The notes beneath the pieces were generated by a model. The model saw only the letters and a program-made list of their open reading frames with translations, was not told the DNA's origin and did not search any database. A stretch of 64,000 bases of DNA from an uncultured virus (IMG/VR IMGVR_UViG_3300028048_000078) (lineage: Duplodnaviria; Heunggongvirae; Uroviricota; Caudoviricetes), in IMG/VR virus record IMGVR_UViG_3300028048_000078, one strand, 5' to 3'. Within the stretch, counting starts at the first letter, position 1; every line of letters begins with the position of its first letter. A program made the translations under genes and the position numbers. Positions 20,716 through 32,020 of the stretch are shown one piece after another.

Positions 20716-21771
20716 GTGGAGAGAAAATGCCTAACGAAACTGATTTGTGATGTAATTAGAAATGTAATTAAGCTTGACCCACTAAGACCTATTACGGATT
20801 TGGTAGAGTTGTATGCTTCTGATGGAGTATTACACATTGGGGCTACTGATGGCTCTACTAGAATTGTAGGTACTTTGGAAAGTGATGTAGAGTTTGATAA
20901 CATTGTGGTATCTTTATCTAGATTAGCTAAATTACTTAGTCTCACAACAAAGGATAAGGTAAGTCTTAAGGTTGTTGATGGCTACTTACACTTTAAGGGT
21001 AATGGTAGTTATAAGATACCAGAGCAATTAAATGAAAATGGTGGAAAGATTTCCCTTAATTTGTCTATGCCAAACTTTGATGGAGAGCCTATTGAGGTAG
21101 ACATTGAAGGATTTAGTACGGCTATGGCAAGAAATAGTCTGTCTTTGTATACAGGAGATGCACAACCATTTTTAAGAAGATATTGTTGTAAAGATGAACA
21201 CATCATCACTACTGATTGTGCTACTATGTGTGTAAGTAAAGGTAAACTGCCTTTAACTGAGATGTATCCTAAGATGGTACAGCAGTTGGCTTTTATGCCA
21301 GACAAGTTTCTTTTCTTGGATACAGGCAGTGGTTATAGAGTAGAGTGTGGTAATATCAAGATGTTTATGCTTTTAGAGAAAGCTACAGGCTTTCCTATGA
21401 ATATTATTGACCCATTCTTAGAGTTACCTACAACAGTAGAGAATAAAGTTACTATTGATAAGGGTGAATTTTTAGGACTTATTAAGAGAGCAGAACTCTT
21501 TAACTCTACATTAGAGACTGTACCATCTGTATTCATTTCAGCTAGTGGTGGTGTTATTACAGTTCACTCAAAGGACGAAGCTTTTAGCGAAACTCTTAAC
21601 TGTACAGATACTAAGATTTCTGATTTCAGTATGAGGTTTTCATTGAAGCATTTGGGGAACTTTTTACGTAAAGTTAATGGAAATCTTACTCTATATTTTG
21701 GGGATAAATTAATGGTGATTGAAGATGAATTGGGTTATTATGTTTTATCTGTGTTAGGGGAGAATAAGTAA
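20716..21771 (+). CDS. sliding clamp (DNA Pol III beta/DnaN-like)
   Basis: ~350 aa; N-terminal P..D.VEL.A.DG.L.IGATD pattern, second TTD repeat, C-terminal RFS..HL..FL; GTG start after AAGGAG; clamp loader encoded at 37.7 kb. Confidence 0.7.
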   Translation: MERKCLTKLICDVIRNVIKLDPLRPITDLVELYASDGVLHIGATDGSTRIVGTLESDVEFDNIVVSLSRLAKLLSLTTKDKVSLKVVDGYLHFKGNGSYKIPEQLNENGGKISLNLSMPNFDGEPIEVDIEGFSTAMARNSLSLYTGDAQPFLRRYCCKDEHIITTDCATMCVSKGKLPLTEMYPKMVQQLAFMPDKFLFLDTGSGYRVECGNIKMFMLLEKATGFPMNIIDPFLELPTTVENKVTIDKGEFLGLIKRAELFNSTLETVPSVFISASGGVITVHSKDEAFSETLNCTDTKISDFSMRFSLKHLGNFLRKVNGNLTLYFGDKLMVIEDELGYYVLSVLGENK

Positions 21772-22183
21772 TGCGTAACTTAGTTTACACTGAGGATAAG
21801 GACACTGAACACATCATTGACCTAAGTAGAGTTTTAATTACATCTATTGATGGCGAATACCATAAAATTATTCTAACATTGGTTGGTGGGATAACAGTAC
21901 ACATAAAAGCCAAAGATAGGGATACGTTCATAAAGCTTTATAAAGATTTAGCTTTTGGTACTGATAATGTGCAGATTAGTTATGAAGAAGTTGATGTTCG
22001 TTTAGGGGGGCTTAAGCTTGGGTGAGCAGTTGCTTGATTTATTAAATCGTGAGGTTGAAAAGCATAAAGAGAGTAATGAAGTATCTAATGGTTATGACAG
22101 AGGTTTTAGAGAAGGCTCATTAGCCGAGGCCATAAAGATTAGAGCTAAGATTCGAGAGTTTATGTTGAAAAAGAGGCGATAAT

Positions 22184-22357
22184 TTGAGTAACGCAGAAAG
22201 AATTAAGGAAATGGATACATATAAGTTATCTGAATTCCTTAATAATTTCAGACCTTGTACTTATTGCATATATCAGAAATATATGTGTCCTAGACAAGGA
22301 CAGGATTGTTTAGTCGGTGTTAGAGCTTGGCTAGAAAGAGAAGAAAGTGGCGAATAA
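22184..22357 (+). CDS. small Cys-rich protein (not in ORF track)
   Basis: TTG start, GAGG RBS; SNAERIKEM...CxxC...C...C...WL, paralogous to ORFs at 22423, 26672 and 43944. Confidence 0.6.
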   Translation: MSNAERIKEMDTYKLSEFLNNFRPCTYCIYQKYMCPRQGQDCLVGVRAWLEREESGE

Positions 22358-23060
22358 TCGCCACTTTTTTATTGCTTTTTTATGGTTGATGTGATATAAT
22401 GCATATAAAGGTGGTGAAATAAATGACTAACAAAGAGAAGCTTAGCATAATTGAAGATAATTGGAAGTTAGCAAAAATCTTAGAGGATAGTTGTAGTATG
22501 TGCATTAATGCTGGTATTTGTGGTGGACTTGCTGAAGAATCAAAGTGTATTGCAGGTATTAAGACTTGGTTAGAATCAGATGGTAGTAAAGAATATAAGT
22601 CAAATTTTGCTACTGTAGAAGCTACAAATTGTGGAGATTACTATATTATTCATACTGCATTTACTGACAAGAGGGTTGATAAAGAACTCTTTGAGTTTTT
22701 ATTTAGGTGAGGTGAAAGAGATGATTGAACTAAAGTTTTATGTGTTAAATTATGACTTTAATGGCAAGAAGGTTGAAATGTTTAACATCTTTAGTAATTG
22801 TCATGTTTATGATGATGCAATTAAACTCTGCAAGAAACGTAAACGTGGGGCAATTACATGGGATGAATTTGTAGAAGAACTTGATAGGTCTATTAAATGG
22901 CAGGAATGGAGTCGTAGAGAGTATGAAATTTCAGTAGGTGATGCCTTTGAGACTGACTTAGATAAGTATGAGAAGTGGGATTGTTATCAACAAGCACACG
23001 CCAATATTGAAGTTATTGCTATGTATACATATAAAACATTTTTGAAGGAGATTAAAAAGA

Positions 23061-24275
23061 GTGAATAAGAAAAGAATATTAGCTAAGTTACACAAGAATC
23101 GTTGGCTTATTGCTTTATCTGCCAGTGGAATTCATATTTCTATTGGTAGTGTTTATGCTTGGTCTGTATTAGCTATACCGATTATGTTACAGACTGGTTG
23201 GAGTCTACCTAATGTTACCTTTGCTTTTTCTTTGGCAATATTTTTCTTAGGACTTTCAGCAGGAACATTTGGTAGCTATGTAGAAAAATACGGAGCTACA
23301 AAAACAGGCTTAGCCTCTACAGCATTTTATTGTATTGGACTTATAGGAACAGCACTAGCATTATCCATACAGAATATTTACTTATTATATCTGTTTTATG
23401 GTATTATAGGTGGTATTGGATTGGGACTTGGTTATGTGACACCTGTATCCACACTAGTAAAATATTTCCCCGAAAACAGAGGCTTTGCTACTGGACTTGC
23501 AATAATGAGTTTTGGGTTTGCTTCACTCATTTCAGCTCCGTTAATGCAGTATCTTGTAGTAACGTATAATTTAACAGCTAACTTTCTTGTATTAGGTCTT
23601 GCTTATGCTGTAATTATGATTATATCTTCACTGTATTTGTCGCCACCAAAGAACTATAAAGAGAGCAGTGAAGATGTTCAATCATCTTATACACCTAAAG
23701 AAGCTTATGCTACATGGCAGTTTAAAGCCTTGTGGATAATTTTCTTTATCAATATTACTTGTGGTATTGCTTTATTGTCTATTGTTTCACCAATGGCACA
23801 AGATGTAATAGGTATGACAGCAGAGCGGGCAGCTGGTCTTGTTGGTATAGTAGGATTGGTTAATGGTGTTGGTAGAATTTTTTGGTCAACATTATCTGAC
23901 TACATAGGTAGAGGATATACATATATAGCTTTCTTTGCTATGGAGATTATATTATTTGGTATGTTGGCAGTGTTTACTAATGAGTTTATATTCTCACTTG
24001 CTATTATGATTATTATTAGTTGTTATGGTGGAGGCTTTTCCTGTATGCCAGCCTATCTTTCCGATTTGTTTGGTAATGCACATCTATCAACTATACATGG
24101 CAGAGTATTAACTGCTTGGGGTTTTGCTGGACTTGTTGGGCCATTGATGATTTCTGTAGGTAAGTCTATGTTAGGCTCATATAATTTAATTTTATACGTG
24201 TTTGTGGCTTTATTTGTACTTAACTTGCTTATAGCTATAACACTTAAGACACATGAGGATTTAGTGGAGAATTAA
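23061..24275 (+). CDS. MFS transporter, OFA (oxalate:formate antiporter / monocarboxylate) family
   Basis: 404 aa, ~12 hydrophobic helices; NRWLIA..GIHISIGSVYAWS, KYFPENRGFATG, NGVGRIFW..SDYIGR, YGGGFS.MPAYLSDLFG. Confidence 0.92.
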   Translation: MNKKRILAKLHKNRWLIALSASGIHISIGSVYAWSVLAIPIMLQTGWSLPNVTFAFSLAIFFLGLSAGTFGSYVEKYGATKTGLASTAFYCIGLIGTALALSIQNIYLLYLFYGIIGGIGLGLGYVTPVSTLVKYFPENRGFATGLAIMSFGFASLISAPLMQYLVVTYNLTANFLVLGLAYAVIMIISSLYLSPPKNYKESSEDVQSSYTPKEAYATWQFKALWIIFFINITCGIALLSIVSPMAQDVIGMTAERAAGLVGIVGLVNGVGRIFWSTLSDYIGRGYTYIAFFAMEIILFGMLAVFTNEFIFSLAIMIIISCYGGGFSCMPAYLSDLFGNAHLSTIHGRVLTAWGFAGLVGPLMISVGKSMLGSYNLILYVFVALFVLNLLIAITLKTHEDLVEN

Positions 24276-24289
24276 TTTCTCCACTTTTT
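24262..24289 (+). terminator. intrinsic terminator after the MFS gene
   Basis: AGTGGAGAA / TTCTCCACT stem plus T tract. Confidence 0.8.
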
Positions 24290-24328
24290 CATTGACAGCG
24301 ATTACTTGTTGTGATATAATACATACAA

Positions 24329-27300
24329 ATGAAAGGAGAGATTAAGAATATGAGATATAGATGTATCAAGTCATTTTATGCAAAGAGTAAGGATGCTTAT
24401 GGGTTTCCAGTAGATGGGTTTATTGCAGAAGGAACTATTTGGGATATCTGTACCTATAGCTATTCCTCTATTATGGGGCAGTTAGTATCTATGGTAAACT
24501 ATTATCCAACTTGTCCAACAATAGAAATTTATAGTATTGATAGTCAGACATTAAATGAACATTTTGAGAGGTATCAGTAATGAGATTAAATGAGTACATT
24601 ATAATTACATGTGGTAATACAACTGAGGTATTTATTGGAAGTAATGCAGAAGAAGAAGCTCACGAAGCTTTTATGGCTATTATGGAAGAAGCTTTTGAGT
24701 ACTATCATAGTACAGGTACTATATACTTAGGGTATGACCCAAACAATACAGTAACAGTAGATGGATTTAGAGCTAATTCTATGAATATTTTTAAAGCTAT
24801 TGTCAATAAGTTTGGTTACTTAGATTTTTATTCATTACACTTAGATGTATATGCAAAGGGGAGTTATTGCAAAGATGTTTAATATTAAAGAACTTAGGTA
24901 TGCTAGAAACTTAAAAGAAGCCATAGAGTGTATTAATGATAGAGCTATTAGAAATGAATTTGAGTATTTTTATGATATGCTTGTAGGTAATTTTCAGAAG
25001 CAACTAGAGGATAATGAGGAAAGATTTGATAGTGAGTATGAACAGCTTGAATTGGATAACGATAGACTAATTGAAGAAAATGACGAACTTATCCTTATAG
25101 CTAATAAGTTGTATGAGGGCATAATAGAAATAGATGAATTAACAAATAGACTTAAGAAGGTGAAATAAATGACTTTATATATCGTAGTGGTAGGTAGTTT
25201 TGAGCTTGATTCATATGCTGACAAATACTTCTTAGATAAGGAGTTAGCTTATCAGTATGCTTCAAGAGTAAAAGCTGGCCATGAATATGTAGATGTTATA
25301 GAAAAAAGAATTACTGAGTCTCTTGGTGAGTATGAAGGTAGACTTTGGTCTATTTCAGCATCAGTAGAGGATGAGAAGCTTAAATATTTGTTAATTGATG
25401 ATTCAATTTTAGGTGACAAAAATAGACCTATGAATGATATCATTAATGATAAATCTTTTTTAGATGAAGATTGCCCAACAATAAACATGCTTTCAAATGT
25501 TGATGAAGAATATAACTCATTCAGAGAAAGAGCTTATGAACACTTAGAATTAGAATATCGGAAGTGGGAGAAGGAGCAATATGGTAACAGCAAATGAAGC
25601 TACAAACAATATGATTAGATTTTTAGAAGATAATATATTAGATAAAGATTGGCTTGATGAAGTTTATAAGGACATTAATAGTTGTTCAAGGCATGGTGGA
25701 TTTCGTGTACACTATACAGGAAGTTTAACTGAAGTACAATTATATTATTTACAGGCATTGGGTTACAATATCGAACAACGTAAGCATAATTATAGTATTT
25801 CGTGGGGTGGCATAACATGAGGTATACACCAATATATGTATTAATAAGTAAATTTGTGCATGAAGAACTTGCACATTTAAGTGTGTGTGGGTTTGGGCCA
25901 GACAGAAAAGAACTGATAGAATCTGATGCTTTTAAGAAGTATTTTGATAGTAATGCAGTTATTGTTAGAGGTAAAGATGATACTAATATTGATACTAACA
26001 ATACTAAGTTAGGTATTAATATTGGGGCTGATTTATGTCAGCTTACGCCTAATAGTTCTATCATAATTAAAAAGAATTGTAGAATAAATTTAGCTTATAG
26101 TAAGATTGGTGCATTGAAGAATTATCTTGATTACACTAACGCTACTAGTTTTCTTAGTCATGGTAGGAAAGAAATGATGGATATACTTTGTGACTCAAAT
26201 TGTTTTGTGGCAGTTTGTGATAATCCAATTACATATCCAGATTTACATTATTCATTTATGGCATTAGATAATTTCTTATTTACGTATGATTTTGAAAAAG
26301 AAGATGAATTTTATGTTTCACAGATTTTATATATAAAGTCTAGGGAGGGCAAGAAATGACACTAAGAGAAGAATGGAAATTATTAAGGCCACAGTTAGGT
26401 AGTTTTCTTGGTAAGCTTTGTGATACCGTAGAGAATACTAATGACATTGATGAATTTATGGATAATGTTAGACATAGAGCATATAATAAGGGCTATGAGA
26501 AGGGCTGTGCTGATACAAGACATAAAGATATCTGTACAAACTGCAAGAAGAAGGAATTTTACACTCAGTATTATGCAGGTTGTAGTGATATGTTAGAGAA
26601 ATTCGGACAGTTACATCCAACAAGTAAAAGAGTCATTTTAGATATGATAAATAGATTGAGTGAGGTAGAGCATGATTAAAACTAGAGCAGATGAAATTAG
26701 AGATATGAACAATGAAGAACTTAGTGAGTGGTTTTACGATAACTTTGTTTTTGATTGTAATGATTGTATGGCTAAAGATATGTGTGATAAGTTACCTAAT
26801 GATGATGAAACAGAGTGTGTAGACTTAGTTAAAGCTTGGCTTGAAGAAATGCCTTTACCTACACTAAAGGTGGGGGATATTGTAGAGATGTCTACAGATG
26901 TATATGGTGTTAGGGCTTCTTGGGTGGTAGCTTCTGATGCTAAGTTATACACAACAGATGGTAGGTATAGTTGTATGGAGCTTAAAGATTTGGACTATGA
27001 TAAAGTAAATGCTATTTACTCAGTAGAACCAAATGAGTCTCCAAAAATTATTTGGGAAAGAACTTAAGGGAATGTATTGACATTCCCTCTTTTTTATTAT
27101 ATAATAAGCACATAAGGAGTTGAGGGAATGGAATATTTAATGGTATTATTCGTTGCGTGGACTACAGCAGTATATGTAAGTATCTTATACACAAGATACT
27201 TAGTACCACATGGGGGATTTTGTACATTGTTGTGTAAGAACTTTAATGGTGAGTACCCACCAAATAAAGATTGGAAGTGTTGGCATGAGTGTGAGATTGA

Positions 27301-30024
27301 CAGTATACTCAAAAATATCTAAAGCTGGGAAGTTTTATTTAGTTGATGGTAGAAAACTTAGCGTAAAGATTGTTTTAGATTTTGGGTTAGCTACAAAGTA
27401 TGATGATTGCTTGATGTTTCATTATAAACTAAGAGAAGAACCTATAAGTCTAACATATAAGCACTGTATAGCAGAAGCATTATATAGATGGAATAATTTG
27501 ATATTGTCGGGGGTAGAGTAATGGTATTTGTATTAGGGTTTGCATTAGTTTTATGTTTATTTATTATTTATTGGCAAAGTGAGTTTATAAGAAATTTGTT
27601 CCACAAAGATTGTTATAAATGTTCTATAAATAACTTTTGTCTATCTTATAGGGATTCAGATGTATATAACTATAGATGTGTAGAGGCTTATAAGAAGTAT
27701 ATAAAGGAGCATTGGTTATGATTAGTGAGATAGTTTATTTATGGGAACATATAGAATATGCAGTAATAAATGAAGATGTACCAAGACTTATTAGGTTGTT
27801 GAATTATATGACTAAGCGAGTCAAAACACTTAAAACTGACGAAGATTTGCACACATATCATCAAATATTTCTACCATGCTTTCGTGATATTGATAATACA
27901 GAGTATATAGAAGCATGTAATAATTTCTATTACGCAGTTAAAAGTGAGATAAAGAGAGCTTGCGATTTAGGTCTTGGTATGTATGGTGGGAATCCAAGAA
28001 TATTAGGGCACAGTTATAGAATAAGATAAGGAGAAATTAAAATATGATTACAATTCTTTTAATGTTTATTGGTTTATTATTTGTTGCAGGACTTGCAGTT
28101 TATGGCTATTATACATATGTAACGAAAAAGTATAATACCATTGAGTTAGGAGATATTAGTCATTTTATCTGTGACTCTTGTGGCGAAAAAATAAGTGTTG
28201 ACAAATTCGATGGAAAGTGTCATAATTGTGGTAGTGAAAGTTTTACTATTTATTTTTAAGGGAGTAAAACCTATGGAATTAACTGATTTAATAATAAGTA
28301 ATAATTTGGGTAATGATTTGTTATTAAGCTTATGGAATACTGAAAACACTATTCCAACTGTAATTGAAATATATATAGATGAGGAAGATGCTTATGCTCT
28401 TTATAGAGTTATTAATGAGTTCTTTACCCACCACCTTACATCCACTGACTTAACCATAGGACATGGGTATTTATTCAAATTATCTAATATAGATGATAAT
28501 GTAACATTAAATATTATTGATACTATAAAGGATAAGGAATATAGGTATGACTTTAAAAACCACAAGTATTCTTCAGATTATCACAGCAAACAAATAATTG
28601 CACCAAAGTTAAAAGTCATTCAAGAGAAATTACACTCATACTTTAGTAGAATTTAAGAAAGGAGAATGTTAAATGCTTGAATTATTATTGATGGCTCAGT
28701 TATCCCTATGTAATCCACAAGTAACTTATAGAGCAGAGGACTACGAATGGGAATATTATCAGTTACTTAAGGAACATGAAGAGTTACAGGAAGATTATGA
28801 TGAACTGGAGGATAAGTATGGAGACAGAGAAGAATATCAACCACCTTACTATGAAGATTAAAGGAGATGTTAAATAATGGAACCAGTTATTAACCCTTGG
28901 ATTATTTATTGGGTATCAGTATTAAACAATATTGGGAGTACATTGAGTCTTATAGTTTGTATGTCGGTAGTTAGCTCTGTTATAATTGGTGTAGTGCATT
29001 TGTGTGATTTATCAGATAATTATAGTGATGATTTAGGTTTCCCTAATTGGTTTAAATATTTTAAGCTTAGTGTTGCTATAGCTTGTATTAGTGGTTTGAT
29101 TTGTATATTTATTTCAGATAAACAGACTATGCTAACCATGATAGTGACTTCATACATTACACCAGACAACCTTAATATTACTACAGATTATATAGTAGAA
29201 TTGGTACAGAGAATTACAGAAGCAGTAAAGGAAGTGAAATAGTGTTATTTGTTAAAGTACATAACCCAATCGTTAAAGCTGATTTCTTAATTAATGTTGA
29301 GCAGATTACATCCATTCATATAAAGGATTGTAATATTTGGTTGACAGATGGTGGTGGTCAGCTTACACTTGATGCTGTAAGTATAAACAAGATACTTAAT
29401 ATCTTAAAGACAGAGGGTGCTATAATTGATAATTAGTTGGTGCATATTGTTATACATTCTTATAGGTATCGTGTTTACAACCTTAGTTTGTAAGTTTGGT
29501 ACTGATGATGGCTTTATTCATGTCGATGAGATGCTACTTAGTATATTCTTCTTTTGGTTTATAGCTTTGTGGTATACATGGGAGTTATTTAAGGAGTGGT
29601 TTGAGTGATAAATTTTGAGAGTCCTATTACTATTCGTGATGATTTAGCTAGTCTCATTGACAATCCAAATTTTGTTGAGACTAGTGAGACTGTACAAAAC
29701 TGTGTTATAGCTATGTATCAAGCAGTAAATAAGTTTATTATTGAAAATAAGCTTGACACTGAGGCTGATTGGTAATAAAGGGAGATTATACAAATGAAAG
29801 TCTATGTTGTTATAGAGTCAGTTAGAGAGTACCCTTATGATACCAATATTCTTGGGGTATTTAATGCTAATACTACAAGTGAAAATGATATTAAGGCATT
29901 TATCTATAATTACATAAAAGAGGATTGCTTCGGTGGCGAAGAGCCAAACGAAATTGACTTCTATGATGGCACTTATGATAATGGTAGTGTAGTTGTTGAT
30001 TATATTATAGAAGAAGTACGATAA
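24329..30024 (+). other. cluster of ~20 short hypothetical phage genes
   Basis: Tightly packed + strand ORFs with overlapping start/stop codons and RBSs; no recognisable motifs. Confidence 0.7.
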
Positions 30025-30066
30025 ATATTTCTTGACATTGTAATTATTATGTGGTATACTTATCAC

Positions 30067-30257
30067 AGAAATAAGATAAACTAAAGCTTTACAGCTCTTG
30101 AAAACCGATAGTGGTAGCAACTATCCTGTACACTGGTAGAGTTTTGGGTGTACACCACTGTAAACTATTTTATATTCATACTACCTATTAAAACGGTAGA
30201 TACCCACTGTACAAGTCGAAGTGCAGTGGGTACAAGTATTTAACCAAGGAGGACGTT
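30067..30257 (+). ncRNA. candidate structured 5' leader RNA (pseudoknot plus two hairpins)
   Basis: Promoter TTGACA(30032)-17-TATACT; ~190 nt leader with no RBS-backed ORF and several pairings (see findings). Confidence 0.6.
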
Positions 30258-31082
30258 TTGGCTAGAAAAAACCTTTTAAATTTAATAGCTAATGCTACAA
30301 CAGAAGATGTAACTAAAGAATTTGTTACAGACTTAAATTATGCTATTGAGAAATACGAAAAGACAGACAAAAGACCACCTAGTAATACACTTAAACCTTC
30401 ATCTATCAGATGTGTTCGTAGTGGTGTATTTCAAGTTTTGGGTGTACCTATGAATGAAGAACCAGCAAATTCTAATCTTATTGGTATTTGTGAGAGTGGT
30501 ACTTTTGTCCATGAGATGATTCAAGGTAAAGTCCTTAGAATGAAAGAAATTGGGCTTAATTGGGAATATATCAATGTAGCCGAATATGTCAAAAGTCATA
30601 ATCTTAATTTAGAGGTTAAGAAAGAATGTGACTTTGAAGCAGGAGAATTTGAGACAAAGCTTTATGACCCTGTAAGAAACATCAGTTTCCTTTGTGATGG
30701 TATCTTAAAGCATGGTCGTAAGTATTATATCTTTGAGATTAAATCTATTAGTAATGGTAAGTTTTATAGCACTAAAGAAGTACCTGCAAAGTACAAAGAC
30801 CAAGCTATTGCTTACTCAGAGCTTTTAGGTATTGAAGATGTTTTATTCCTTTTTGTTGATAGAGATTTGTACAATAAAAAATCATTCCTTTACACGCCTA
30901 CAGAAGAAGAAAGACAAGGTTGGAGAGATAGAGTAGAATATGCTTTAGAGTGTATTCGTGACAGTAAGATTCCTACTAAACCAAATTTTGCAGATAGAAG
31001 TTTTTGTGCTTACTGCCCTTATACTGACATCTGCAATCAAGTAGGTGACGAGGAAAGTGAGTACAACAGGGAAACAATTTGA
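30258..31082 (+). CDS. Cas4-like PD-(D/E)XK exonuclease with Fe-S cluster
   Basis: PSSIRC, GTFVHE, CDGIL..FEIKS, Q...Y, C-terminal CAYCPYTDIC. Confidence 0.85.
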   Translation: MARKNLLNLIANATTEDVTKEFVTDLNYAIEKYEKTDKRPPSNTLKPSSIRCVRSGVFQVLGVPMNEEPANSNLIGICESGTFVHEMIQGKVLRMKEIGLNWEYINVAEYVKSHNLNLEVKKECDFEAGEFETKLYDPVRNISFLCDGILKHGRKYYIFEIKSISNGKFYSTKEVPAKYKDQAIAYSELLGIEDVLFLFVDRDLYNKKSFLYTPTEEERQGWRDRVEYALECIRDSKIPTKPNFADRSFCAYCPYTDICNQVGDEESEYNRETI

Positions 31083-31509
31083 AAAAGTATTTAGGGAACA
31101 GGCATCTAATTTAAAAGATGTTTATGTTTATAGATTAGTAGACCAAGTATCTTATCTAAAAGGTAGCACAAATCCTTGTGATTTCTTTTGCTTTAAGAAA
31201 CCGAATTTTTATTTAATAGAGTGTAAGACTACAGAAGTCCCTTCCTTACCAAGAAAAAACATTAGTGATGGCCAGTTACATGATATGTACGAAGCAGTAA
31301 AAACCAAAGGCGTTAAAGCCTATGTTGTTGTTTGGTATTATAAGAAGGACATCTGTAGGGCTTTTCCTATTGAGTATGTTTGGAAACAATTTATAGAAGA
31401 AGGGAAGAAATCTATTAACTACCAAGATGAGCATGGAATTTTAATCACAGGAACAAAGAAAAAGAAATACTTTGATTGGAATTGGCAAGATTTATTCAGT
31501 AAGAAGTGA
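31045..31509 (+). CDS. recU: RecU-like Holliday junction resolvase
   Basis: GKQFE, NPCDF, LIECKTT, NISDGQ. Confidence 0.8.
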   Translation: MTRKVSTTGKQFEKVFREQASNLKDVYVYRLVDQVSYLKGSTNPCDFFCFKKPNFYLIECKTTEVPSLPRKNISDGQLHDMYEAVKTKGVKAYVVVWYYKKDICRAFPIEYVWKQFIEEGKKSINYQDEHGILITGTKKKKYFDWNWQDLFSKK

Positions 31510-31518
31510 GGGATTAAA

Positions 31519-32016
31519 TTGAAAGTCAATAGTGATTTGCAGTTGAGTGTTGAGCAGAATAGTGAACAGCTTAATGCAATACTAGACGGATTAGTAAAGG
31601 ATTATACAGATGCTATGGACGAGTACATAGACAAAATCCGTGTATTCCTTGAAGATGGTGTAGAACAACTTACACTTGAAGAACTTAATAATATTATGCT
31701 AAGAATTTCTACCTATAACTACTTTTTAGCGGGTAGACTTGAAAAGGCAGGTATCAAATCATCTGTAGCACAGGCTATGAGGGATGAAGCCTACAGTAAA
31801 GCCTATAGAAACCAAGTTAGTGGTACTATTGAGCATAAGAAGGCTGTAGCCAGTGAAGCTATTGTAGATGAAGAAGTTGTTAATATTATTTACAGTAGAC
31901 TCTATAAGCTTTTAAAAGCTAAATATGATAGTGCAGTTAGACTTATTGAAGGTTTGCGTAAGATTATTACAGCTAAAGTAGAAGAAATGAAGTTAGCACA
32001 GATTAAGGGGTTGTAA
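31519..32016 (+). CDS. helical protein, possible recombination mediator
   Basis: All-helical coiled-coil ORF between recU and recA; function inferred from context only. Confidence 0.45.
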   Translation: MKVNSDLQLSVEQNSEQLNAILDGLVKDYTDAMDEYIDKIRVFLEDGVEQLTLEELNNIMLRISTYNYFLAGRLEKAGIKSSVAQAMRDEAYSKAYRNQVSGTIEHKKAVASEAIVDEEVVNIIYSRLYKLLKAKYDSAVRLIEGLRKIITAKVEEMKLAQIKGL

Positions 32017-32020
32017 TTTA

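Noticed and set aside
30095..30126. CTTGAAAACC plus hairpin resembles a tRNA-Ser(TGA) anticodon loop and variable arm
   Set aside because: The anticodon stem does not pair, and there is no T-loop (GTTCRA) or acceptor stem
30258..31082. Cas4-like gene as evidence of a CRISPR-Cas system
   Set aside because: No cas1/cas2 or array; it sits in a recU-recA operon like solo phage Cas4-like exonucleases
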